64,000 nucleotides of DNA from Octopus bimaculoides (lineage: Eukaryota): positions 14,192,268-14,256,267 of the forward strand of contig NC_068984.1 in the NCBI RefSeq assembly GCF_001194135.2, written 5' to 3'. Position numbers and translations under genes: made by a program. Positions 36,664 to 48,276 of the stretch are shown piece by piece (position 1 is the stretch's first letter; every line of letters begins with the position of its first letter). Under the pieces are notes generated by a model. That model searched no databases. It saw only the letters and a program-made list of their open reading frames with translations, and was not told the DNA's origin.

Positions 36664-37536
36664 TACAAGGTGCATTCCAGATGTTTTGAGACTTTTTTAA
36701 GAGAAGCAGTTATAACTTTTCTAAATAACTATAACTTTAGTATATCGTTACTCTACACCTTATAACTTAACTTGCCAACGTTTGTTATTTCAGATTGAAG
36801 ACATCCTGTACATTGAACACATCCTGTAAACACTGTCACACCTAACTAGCTTGCAGAATACAATCGGGACGGAAAAACAAATTTGGAATTTCACTATGCA
36901 ATACAATTTTGTGTTAAACTGGGCGAAAACGCTGCAGAAATTTGTGAAATGCTCTAGACTGCCTATGGAATAATTTGCATGAGTCGAATATCTGTCTTTT
37001 AGATGGTGCAAGAGATTGGCAAAGCAAGCCATCAAGAAAACCATGAGGGTTCCATTTTCGATGGTAAGGGTATCATCTGCAGCCACTGGATTCCCTCTGG
37101 TCAGACGGCCAAAAAGAGTACTTTGTCGAGGTTTTGAGTGGGGTGGATTCAAGAAGAGATTTCATCACAAAAGACCAGAGATCCTGCACCAGAACAATGC
37201 ACCAGTTCACAATTCCATCCTGGTTGTCAACAACTTGGTAGAGTTGGGCATCAAAAATTTCCCTCATCCTCCCTTCCCTACTCTTCAGACCTTGCTCCCT
37301 GTGTTTTCATTGTTTCCTAAGCAGAAGAACATGGAGGAGGGTGTAAAACGGTTCCTGGAAAACTTCATTCTAGAGCACCTATCATGGGGCCTTCACGATG
37401 CGGTTAGAGCACTACAATAAAGGCATTGAGGTCAGAGGACCCTACTTTGGAAGAAATTAAAGATTTGTACTTCTTGAAATCAATAATTGTCTCTCATGAA
37501 AAAATGTCAAAACTTCTAGAATGCAACTTCTAGTTA
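36664..37536 (+). mobile_element. Internally deleted mariner (DD34D-type) element with both TIRs
   Basis: LEFHYAIQFCVKLGENAAEICEML*TAYGIICMSRISVF/RWCKRL joined directly to FDGKGIICSHWIPSGQT, LHQNNAPVH and PYSSDLAPC. 5' TIR TACAAGGTGCATTCCAGATGTTTTGAGACTTTTT versus reverse complement of 3' end TAGAAGTTGCATTCTAGAAGTTTTGACATTTTT. Confidence 0.92.
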
Positions 37537-37921
37537 TATATATATATATATATATATATATAACTAGAAGTTGCATTGTATATATAAATATATATAACTA
37601 GAAGTTGCATTCNNNNNNNNNNNNNNNNNNNNNNNNNNNNNNNNNNNNNNNNNNNNNNNNNNNNNNNNNNNNNNNNNNNNNNNNNNNNNNNNNNNNNNNN
37701 NNNNNNNNNNNNNNNNNNNNNNNNNNNNNNNNNNNNNNNNNNNNNNNNNNNNNNNNNNNNNNNNNNNNNNNNNNNNNNNNNNNNNNNNNNNNNNNNNNNN
37801 NNNNNNNNNNNNNNNNNNNNNNNNNNNNNNNNNNNNNNNNNNNNNNNNNNNNNNNNNNNNNNNNNNNNNNNNNNNNNNNNNNNNNNNNNNNNNNNNNNNN
37901 NNNNNNNNNNNNNNNNNNNNN

Positions 37922-37956
<35 letters not shown>

Positions 37957-38425
37957 TATATATATATCAATTTAACGCACAGCCAAAAGAGCTAAAAATA
38001 GTTTCATGCTTTTATGATACTTAAAAGTAGGCGTGTTTATAAAATACGCCATGTATCTCCAAGAAAACGATCACGCTCAGTTTATGCGTTATATACATTT
38101 TTATTTAAAAAAACAAGTATGCTGGACAGTAAGAAAATAAGAAACGGAAACTGAGGGAGAAAACGCGATGAAGTTTGATGAAAAAAAACGAACGGGAAGA
38201 AAGAAACGAAAGCAAGAACACCAAGACGCGTCTCCTCCCTATTTGCAGAAACCACAATTAATGTAGCTGCTTAAGAACAAAATAACAGAGAATATGTCAA
38301 AGACTGTGAGACGGCAACTTAATCCGGAGCTATCTCCTTATTTCAGTAACTTTATATTTTCCGAATTACGGAGATGTTCTTGCATAGCAAGTGACCATAT
38401 CTGAGATCGTGTGCTGAAAGAAAGA

Positions 38426-38729
38426 CAATTGCAGCGTGGAAGGTGTTTATCAGCCATTTAAAAACACACAAAAAAAACCGTTAGATTCTCTTCAACATTT
38501 CAATTTAATTTGTCAAAATATTTTCGTCGCTGTGAAACCGCTACGAGTTCACTCACAAAATTCCGTTCTGCATGGAATTTTGAGATGCAACACATAATTT
38601 TGTCAGTGAACAGGTCGCGGTTTCAAAGCGACGAAAATATTTTGACAAATTAAATTGAAATTTTGAGGTGAGTCTAACGGTTTTTCTGTGTTTCTCAGTG
38701 GCTTATAAACACCTTCCACGCTGCAATTG
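38426..38729. repeat. Long fold-back (inverted repeat, arms about 135 bp), MITE-like
   Basis: Arms 38426-38562 and 38596-38729, including a perfect 25-bp block (CAATTGCAGCGTGGAAGGTGTTTAT) and a perfect 34-bp block (TTTCAATTTAATTTGTCAAAATATTTTCGTCGCT). Confidence 0.95.
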
Positions 38730-39345
38730 ATTACATTTTCCATATAAGAAAAATACTATAACTAAAAATCCGCTGCGCAATAATCACTCCAAATTTAATT
38801 CAATTAGTTCAATGTTGAAATCGTGAAGCTCAAATCAAAGATAACTGATGCCCCAAACAGTGTGTTCTGCTTTAGAAATTCATCCGATACTTATGGTCAC
38901 TGCATTTCATTATTTCATTCTGAATGAAATAAAAGTTAGTCAGGGTAGAATGAATTCAATTCAGCCAAGTGTATCATACTTCATTTACAAAAACGCAATT
39001 TCACCATTATTTGCAATACCAGAGACAATGGTGAAGTTAAGAGTCGACGTACTTATATGCATTGCTTGACTTTACGGATTCGAATATCGAGCGATTTTTT
39101 TATTCTCCGCGGTCTGTGATATACTTGTTAGACAACACCAGGAGATTAATCTATTATATTATCATCACACCTCAGTCATGACATATCTGTTGCTGCCTTG
39201 TGCAACATTGGAGTAAACAGGTAACGAGTAAACAGCTTTTCAGATCATGAGCAAATTTGCAGTAAGCCAAATCTGTGTTCAGGACTCTAAAACACTATTA
39301 CAAACGCACACCATGGTTGAATAACATTTTACTTCTACATCATTA

Positions 39346-39403
<58 letters not shown>

Positions 39404-39585
39404 AACACCAACATACACACACAACACACACAACACATATACCTATATTTATGTGTGTGTCTGTCTGTATCTGTGTGTATAAAACACTCCATGAAGTAGT
39501 AACACTAGGGAGAGACAGGCCTTTCAACCGCGAAGCGCTAAACTCACCAGTAGTTGCCATAATTCGTACTATACACACAAGTAAC

Positions 39586-39622
<37 letters not shown>

Positions 39623-39870
39623 NNNNNNNNNNGTGTGTGTGTGTGTGTGTGAGAGAGTATACATACCCATAGAGAGATTGATAGATAAATAGGAAAGACA
39701 GACAGACAGACAAACAAGAGAGGCAGACAGACAAACAAGAGAGGCATACAGACAGAGAGACAGACACAGACAGAGAAAAACACAGACAGACAGACATACA
39801 AACAAGACAGGCATACTGACAGAGAGACAGAGAGACAGACAGACAGACAGATAACCAGACAGACAGACAA

Positions 39871-39929
<59 letters not shown>

Positions 39930-40198
39930 TTAGACAGACAGACCGGTAGAATATTCTTGCATAATTCCATTAAGAGTGTGAGAATGAGTGAGGGAGAAAT
40001 GGTGTAATACGACAACAGAGATATACGGGTGCGTATAAAGATAATGGTTTCGATAGCAATACAAACAGATGTTTTGATATGGTACACCGTTTAAGAAAAC
40101 ATTAAGAACTGTATATATTTACAGCCGTGTGTATGTAAGTTTGTGTTGTACGTGGGTGCTTGTGTGTGTGTGTGTGTGTGTGTGTGTGNNNNNNNNNN

Positions 40199-40242
<44 letters not shown>

Positions 40243-40244
40243 GT

Positions 40245-40895
40245 GGGGAATGGCCCAAAAATCCCGAAATTTTGCAATATTATTTTAATCACTTAGTTTT
40301 ATATGTTTACACTTTTATCGCCTTCAAAGTAATCTCCATTTGAAGCAATGCATCAATCCAGATGCGTCGGAAGCAGTGCTGGAACTCTTGCGAAGCGATG
40401 CCTTTTAACGCCTCCATCGTTTTTTCTTCACCTCTTCCACATCTGCCAATTCTGTAGCACCAGCTTTTGTCACCAGTGATGACCTACGAAAAACAGTTCG
40501 GATCTACTTCCTACTGTTTTTTCAGTTCACCTCATTCATTCGGTCGTGACTGCTTTTTATCTTCAGTGACCATGCGACGCACAAAGTTTGCTGCAAGTCT
40601 TTTCATTCACAATTCATCGCTCAAAATTCATTGACACGGGCTCCAAGAACACGAGTCATATCAACAAGTTCGCCAATTATTCCAAGAAGGTCCTCCAAGA
40701 TCAGTTCATGAATTTTCATGATGTTTTCATTCGTTCGGGAGGTCGACGGTTGTCCTGTACAAGGGTGGTCTTCAAGCGACAAGTAACCATTCCTAAAGCG
40801 TCAGAAGCAGTTGTAACCTTGCGTTTTACTCATGTTAGCGTCCTTCTAAGCTGCTTGAAGCATGAGAACTCTTTCGGCTGCCCCGTTTCAGCCAT
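40245..40895 (-). mobile_element. Internally deleted mariner relic (second lineage)
   Basis: VLMLQAA*KDANMSKTQGYNCF*RFRNGYLSLEDHPCTGQPSTSRTNENIMKIHELILED..., with the region up to the ITGDE motif fused to ADVEEVKKKTMEALKGIASQEFQHCF; most of the catalytic domain is missing. Confidence 0.88.
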
Positions 40896-40954
40896 CGACG
40901 AACAGGAGAGACCCACATCAAACAAAGATGCACCAGACAGCAATACGATTATTA

Positions 40955-41105
40955 CGGTCAGAGTGAAAATTTCACCGCGGACAAATCTACATTTCTTCTT
41001 TTGGGGGTCGATGAAATAATAGCAGTCACCTATTGGGGTCGATTTAATCGACTTACCCTCACCCCAAATTGCAGAACTGGTGCGTATAGTAGAACAGATT
41101 ATTAT
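40955..41105 (+). mobile_element. SINE family M 3' two-thirds
   Basis: GGGGTCGATGAAATAAT...TTGGGGTCGATTTAATCGACTTACCCTCACCCCAAATTGCAG...TATAGTAGAACAGATTATTAT. Confidence 0.8.
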
Positions 41106-41289
41106 AAATCGATGTGATAGAAAATACATTTTGATATATCAACCCGTATCAATTGGCACGGTACTTAGTAAACTAGTAATGTAAAGTGTCGAGTCTTATG
41201 ACTCATAAGATAGGTTACCTGGTGTCCATGTTGTACAAGTGACCGAGATCACAACATTCCCCTTGGACGTGACGTCAGCCCGTCAAAGA

Positions 41290-41365
41290 GTTATTCAATT
41301 ACAGCTGCGGATCGAAACCACGATCTGGCTATCGTAATTGCAGCATCTGAAACACTAGGCCATCT
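41290..41365 (-). mobile_element. tRNA-derived SINE head fragment (CORE-B-like)
   Basis: GGATCGAAACCACGATC...AACACTAGGCCA is the reverse of an A-box/B-box head. Confidence 0.5.
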
Positions 41366-42057
41366 TCTTTCACACCCGTTTACCTATTGAGATAGAAATA
41401 TTTGACTTAAAACCTGGAATGTAGTGCACGAGCTCCACCTTATTTTAACAAATGGAGACGGTAAAAAAGTAACAAACTGAACAATATATACCACATCATG
41501 AAGTATATTTAATGTTGATATGATACACACTGTGTATATAGGCTGACAAAATTCATTCCTACGGTCACATTAAGTAATATATATACTCTGTACCAGAATA
41601 TATACTGTATATTTTCCCATTAGACATCGTTTTCTATTCCATCAGATATACTATATATGTGTAGATCCCTTGTGATATATATCTCGCCATCAAGGTGGCC
41701 TGCACTTTCTTCGGTTATTATAATATAGACATAACGGTTTATACATAATCGACAAGGAATATGGGTGTTTTGACATTCATGATATTCCCAAGAGTAATAG
41801 AAACGCATATAAAACAGTTCTGACTGAGATCCACAGATATACGATACAAAAAACCAACCAAAAGCTTTACAACACTAGCGATTATCCTATATGTGCGTGA
41901 CTGTTAAACATGCGTTGACTCATCGATTGGATACCAAGTGTTGTTATTTATTTATTCATTTGATTATTTACTTCTTTATTTATTCACTCAGAGTAAAACA
42001 GTTTTAATAAACCAGATTATGATTTTTGTCTCAAGAGTCATGTCTAAAAAATATATA

Positions 42058-42090
<33 letters not shown>

Positions 42091-42227
42091 NNNNNNNNNN
42101 NNNNNNNNNNNNNNNNNNNNNNNNNNNNNNNNNNNNNNNNNNNNNNNNNNNNNNNNNNNNNNNNNNNNNNNNNNNNNNNNNNNNNNNNNNNNNNNNNNNN
42201 NNNNNNNNNNNNNNNNNNNNNNNNNNN

Positions 42228-42258
<31 letters not shown>

Positions 42259-42572
42259 ACGTACGTATGTATGCATGTATGCATGTATGTATATATGTAT
42301 GAATGTATGTACGCATGTGTGTATGCATGTATTTATGTATGTACGTATGTACGTATGTATGCATGTGTGTATGTATGTATGTATCTATGTATGTACGTAT
42401 GTATGTATGTATGTATCTATGTATGTATGTATGTATACATCTATGCATGTATGTGTTTTTCTTTGAGTTTCATCTAAGTATTTCTTGATAGAGTTCAAGC
42501 CGGTTGCTAACAAAGCAACCAGACATTTTGAGTTAAGAGAGTTCTCAGTGGTTGTCAGTATGTGGTTGAATT

Positions 42573-42811
42573 AGGGAGGCGAGCTGGCAGACACGTTAGC
42601 ACGCCGGGCGAAATGTTTACCGGTATTTCGTCTATCCTTACGTTCTGAGTTCAAATTCCGCCGAGGTCGACTTTACCTTTCATCCTTTCAGTGTCGATAA
42701 ATTACGTACCAGTTGCGTACCGGGGTCGATCTAATCGACTGCCCCACTACTCCAAAAATCAAAATAATAATAATAATAATAATTCGGGCCTTGTGCCTAG
42801 AGTAGAAAAAA
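42573..42811 (+). mobile_element. SINE family M, full length with (AAT)n expansion in its 3' region
   Basis: Complete head, B-box GAGTTCAAATTCC, central block; AATAATAATAATAATAAT inserted before TCGGGCCTTGTGCCTAGAGTAG. Confidence 0.93.
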
Positions 42812-42826
42812 TGGTATTTTAAATAC

Positions 42827-43039
42827 GGCGACCAGGCAGAAATGTTAGTACGCCGGGCGAAATGCCTAGCAGTATTTCGTCTGTCTTATTGTTTTGATTT
42901 CAAATTCCGCCGATGTCGACTTTGCCTTTTATCCTTTCGGGGTCGATGAATTAAGTACCAATTGCATATTTGGGTCGATCTAATCGACTGCCTCCTCCCC
43001 CCAAACTTCCGGCCTTGTGCCTAGAGTAGAAAAGAATAT
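42827..43039 (+). mobile_element. SINE family M, full length, head-to-tail with the preceding copy
   Basis: GGCGACCAGGCAGAAATGTTAGTACGCCGGGCG...GGCCTTGTGCCTAGAGTAGAAAAGAATAT. Confidence 0.93.
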
Positions 43040-43359
43040 GTCGTTGGGCTGATGTGTTGCTCTAACTGTCTATGCTTCCACCTAAGTGTGGGCAACTATT
43101 CACATAAGCATCTGACAGGGAAAATTTCTGGAATTTTACACATCTTCACTGTTCCATTAATGGATTGGGTTTGGAGAATTTGAAAGCTTATTTTGCTCTT
43201 TTCCCGTGAAACCAAGTGTTTCTAGATTGTTGTGAAAATCTGTTGGTACATAACCTAATGCGCTTATAATAATAGGTAGAAATAAAAATTCATAGTTAGG
43301 GTACATATGTATGTTAGTATGTATGTATGTTTGTATGTGTCTGTATTTATGTATATGAA

Positions 43360-43715
43360 CCCTCAGCCTGAGAAACGCACCAACAGCTCTCTTTCGAGTG
43401 ACCAGTGTAGATGTGTTTGTTTCTCAAAAGCAGGCCTACAAAACCACAAGAGTTGTCACGGGGTATCCTCGTTTACCAACGTGGCATTCAATGAGAACTC
43501 TCGTATGCTTTGTACAGCAGAATGTATGCGTCGGCCAGTCGTCAGGCTATTGCAGAAAAGCTGACTTGTGATCGGTGTGGAATGACTTGTAATTCCTTTG
43601 CAGGCCTCAAGAGCAATATGTGATATCATCAGCGATGGGGAAATCAAGCGTGAGATGTTTCCCAGATTTTAATGGGTTTAAGAAATGGTCTTATTCGATT
43701 ACGAGTCGACTGCCG
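43360..43715 (+). mobile_element. RTE/BovB-type LINE 3' relic with degenerate C2H2-like zinc fingers
   Basis: SSDQCRCVCFSKAGLQNHKSCH and LTCDRCGMTCNSFAGLKSNM*YH (CxxCxxxCxSxAGLxxH pattern), then an RTE-like tail TTATTCGATTACGAGTCGACTGCC. Confidence 0.65.
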
Positions 43716-43809
43716 CCTTGTATGGATGCATGGGTGTTTGTGCATGTATATATGTGGCGGGGCTGTAATTAGGGTCCGGCATTTTATTTGTATATTTAGT
43801 TTATACTAG

Positions 43810-44141
43810 CTTTAGTCATTGGACTGTGACCATGTTGGGGCCCCACCTTCAATGATTTAATCGAATAATTAGATCCTAGTACTTAGTTTTAAGATTATTC
43901 AATCATACACTTTTACTGAACCGCTAGATTATGGGGACGTAAACGAACCAATAGCGATAGTCAAGTATTGTGAGGGAATACACACAAAAACATACACACG
44001 CTCATGCACGCAGTTTTCGTCTTCCAATTTCTTTCACAAGTGTGTTAATCGGACCGCGATGTATTAAAAGAAGATATTTCGCAGCGGGACTGAACTCGAA
44101 ACTATGGGGTTGCGAAGTGAGCTTCTTTACCGGCAGCCATG
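43810..44141 (-). mobile_element. CORE-A SINE, diverged near full length
   Basis: TTTAGTCATTGGACTGTGACCATG...GAACCGCTAGATTATGGGGACGTAAAC...GCAGCGGGACTGAACTCGAAACTATGGGGTTGCGAAG. Confidence 0.85.
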
Positions 44142-46334
44142 TTTTGTGATGCACGAAATCTATTTACCAGATATACGTCAACTCTTTCATATTCTCAAAT
44201 TGTGGTAATTAGTAGAGAATGTGTTATGTTTCAACGTTAAAGGAGGTAAAAAGACGATAAGGCCTTTCAGAAACAGATGTGTCCACAACGGAAATATCAA
44301 AATATATCAAAATGAGGTTAAACTCAGTAAATATGAGCGGACAGACTTGGAAATATATCTGATAATGGTTTATATGCATGCATTACTTTTGTAGATAGAA
44401 AAGAAATGGCTAAACAAATATTTCTTCCCGTCAACTTATCAATATAATTTCTCACATAAGGAGAGGGTGATTGAGTGTAAATTTTTTTAGATGTGGCTGT
44501 TTGGAGGTAGGTGTGATTTAAGAGTAACTAATATGATACCATCTGGTCTACTTGCTCAAATAGTATTATCAATCATTATGGAGAATTTCCATAAAAATCT
44601 TCTAATTATCATTCAACATCACACCGTTTGGTTTGTGTTCGTACCATTTTTCTCTAGCTCAAATCCACAAACTCGGTTAACATTCAATTGCACTGTTTGA
44701 CAGAAAGAGATTTGTCTGCGTTTATATACATGTTGTGCTCGTGTAGGATACGGTTAATATCTTGCCCTTCCCTCTACACATTCTGTGTCTGCTCTCTGAC
44801 TGAGCTTTATAATCTGTCTTTGTCACACGCAAACTAATGGCTACATCCGGAGCCAGTAGGACTACTGATTCATACTCACCCTACGTACACACACTTAAAT
44901 ACATAATGATTCATACGCACACACATACACACACTTAGATATGTGTAAATACATGCAAACATGCATGAATGGATACACACATACGTATAACCACACATAT
45001 GTGCAAGATATATATCCTGCCTGAACTGTGGTACATCTTCAATGATGTATCCTCAACCTATTAGGTACTTCGTGTCTCCCCTTCTTCAGCACTGTAGATC
45101 TTGACACGGTAAGTTTTAAACTCATTCGTCCAAGGTAACGAGTTTCTCAAGATTCCTGTTATGAACTTCCTTATCCCCAAAGGATTAATGTTGCTGTGAT
45201 GGTAAGGTCCTCCATAAATACTGTTTTCAAGGGGTTTCGCTTAAGGGGCTTTTGCATTCCTTTGCGGGTAATTTGCCTCCCATAGCAACGGCAGAGTACG
45301 TAGAGCCTATAAATATTTCTTTTCCAATCCCATATGAGTTTGATAATTCTATAAACAAACGCCAATAAATGAGAAATTATCAATATTTTAAGAAACAAGG
45401 ATTCACTATATTTGTATAAGATTCCACCATGAGGGAAAGTTGTATACGAGTATTTGTATTCATGTTGCTCGAATTCATTCGCCTGTAAATGCGCCTCAGC
45501 AATAGCTGGAAAATTAAGCGTTCATGAACTGGCGTTCTCATTCAGCGGGACGACGTGTGTTGAAATCTCAGTCACTTAAATACAGGCTCCGGCAAGTTAA
45601 GGTCCAGTCTTATGATCCTAGGACTCGAGAGAGACCTAAGAAATCACAGTATAAGTTTATATTTCCTGATATAGGAGGATCTCAAAATGTGTTGCGCAGA
45701 GCGTGGTTCTGTGCAACAATCATATATTACGTCGATAGAAGAGAAGTACCGCAGCTTGCGTCATTTTGGTTCCACCAAACTTTAATGATATTCATATCTT
45801 TACTAAACTGCAGTCATTCATTCCATTAGAAAGGTGAGGCGTTAATTTGCCACGGTTAGGAGACTGTGATGTTTGGAGGGATTAAAGCTCTTTGGAGTGA
45901 GTCCTGAGAAGGGTTAGTCCTATTTGTTACAGTCAAATAAAACTGCTTGTCTCAGTGATACGCCTCGGTGATATAAAGTTTTTGTTTCAACCGCTTAAAA
46001 TGTTTTCTCTTTGGCCATCTGAAAACCGTTCTAGATGCTAACTGTTTATTTGTCGCCATACATGTTGTGGTTAAGAATGATTAGCAGTTGGTTCTTTCTC
46101 CCATGAAATCATTTTTAGTTCATTTGTTGTGGTGTCACCGTCAATGTGTATAATTCATATAAAGAAACATTAAAAGGATTAGCTCCAGTAGAGTCCCTAC
46201 CGGAACTGGTTATAGGTAGAGAAAATTATATATAATCATAGGGCTCGAAAAATACAGGTCATTGGAAAGTAATTAGGACTTTATATTCCCATGAGTGACA
46301 CAACATTAATAGTTTTATTTAATTATTATTAATC

Positions 46335-46570
46335 AGTCGCGTCTAAATATTCCATCTAATCTGACGAAGCAAATATAACGATAAAGGAAGAACACCAAGA
46401 GAATCTGTATTACAACATCAGACATTTTGGCACCGAGATTGGACAGCATTTGTTGGAAATATTCAGAGACATGTTAAAGTTACGTGACCTGATGCGACGT
46501 TCACATAAACAGCTTCAGACATAATGACGAAATCACTACAAAACAAATATCACTGCAAAATAAAAATTAA
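46335..46570 (+). mobile_element. Possible second Penelope-like GIY-YIG relic
   Basis: 46360-46524 is open as SDEANITIKEEHQENLYYNIRHFGTEIGQHLLEIFRDMLKLRDLMRRSHKQLQT*; IGQHLLE resembles the SAIGQHLL(E/D)N motif of Penelope endonucleases. No clean splice acceptor. Confidence 0.3.
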
Positions 46571-47369
46571 ACAAAATAACAATAAAGGGAAAAAAATATA
46601 TAAGATAAAGAAGCAAAAAAGAAACAATGGTGTTAAAAACGTTGTCCTGTACATAAGATATGTTTATTTAGTTCTATCAGCTGAATTAATCAGTTGTTTT
46701 TAAAATGGAGAACATTTTCTTCCTTTCTGTAATACTGTAACACTTGTGTTTTCCAAACATGACAAGAATATTTCTTGAGACAAACATTATTATTTTTTTT
46801 GAAGATCGAATTGTTTATCAATGTGGAATTGTTTAATTGCGGTGAAAATTGAGTTACTGCCACATGCTATGGAATTTTACAAGACTGAACAACAAAACTT
46901 CGCGTATATACATCAACATTTTCCTATTTTACTATTGAAGCCCACATTAAATGTGTAATAAGTAGCTGCGCAGATATTGCTCATTACATTTATAGCATGG
47001 TTAATGCAATAAAAATATTCATAACAAGTTTGGTTGTGCCAATTATCTGAAAAATATTTTTCAATGTAATTATATAGAGTTTAACAGAGAACATTAAGAT
47101 CTCGGAGAAATGGTACCAATCGATATTTTCTTAGTTCCCAAGTCGTTGTTCGCTAAACTTTAAATCTCGGTTTCCTGTTTCTATCTAATTCTGTTAAGAT
47201 AAGTTTTCAGTGGATTTTCTTCTATTACTTATCTGGTAGTTTTTGAATCTTGCGCACGTTCTCCCGAAAGACTTAAATTGAGAAGGTTCCTTTAAATAAT
47301 CAATCTTCCCTGAATTGCACAACAACAAAACCACAATTAATATTGACTTTTGCGCATACAGACATAATA

Positions 47370-47465
47370 TTATGGTTCCAAATTTTGGTACAAGGCCAGC
47401 AATTTCGGGGGAGGGGTTACGTCGATTATATCGACCCCAGTGCTCAAGGGATACTTATTTTGTCG
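47370..47465 (-). mobile_element. SINE family M 3' fragment
   Basis: CCAAATTTTGGTACAAGGCCAGCAATTTCGGGGGAGGGG...GTCGATTATATCGACCCCAGTGCTC. Confidence 0.85.
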
Positions 47466-47944
47466 GCAGATTTTCTTCTCCTTAGATNNNNNNNNNNNNN
47501 NNNNNNNNNNNNNNNNNNNNNNNNNNNNNNNNNNNNNNNNNNNNNNNNNNNNNNNNNNNNNNNNNNNNNNNNNNNNNNNNNNNNNNNNNNNNNNNNNNNN
47601 NNNNNNNNNNNNNNNNNNNNNNNNNNNNNNNNNNNNNNNNNNNNNNNNNNNNNNNNNNNNNNNNNNNNNNNNNNNNNNNNNNNNNNNNNNNNNNNNNNNN
47701 NNNNNNNNNNNNNNNNNNNNNNNNNNNNNNNNNNNNNNNNNNNNNNNNNNNNNNNNNNNNNNNNNNNNNNNNNNNNNNNNNNNNNNNNNNNNNNNNNNNN
47801 NNNNNNNNNNNNNNNNNNNNNNNNNNNNNNNNNNNNNNNNNNNNNNNNNNNNNNNNNNNNNNNNNNNNNNNNNNNNNNNNNNNNNNNNNNNNNNNNNNNN
47901 NNNNNNNNNNNNNNNNNNNNNNNNNNNNNNNNNNNNNNNNNNNN

Positions 47945-48005
<61 letters not shown>

Positions 48006-48192
48006 ATGTATGTATATTTGTATATAATTAAATACAAGTACACATGCACTGATATATGTGCATACATGAAATCATATCTATATCTCATGTGTATGTGTTT
48101 GTATGTGTGAGTGCGCAAAATATACTACGGTGTATATGTATGTGCACATAGGTGTAAATATATATAATATATAAGATATACTTAATACGTAT

Positions 48193-48276
<84 letters not shown>

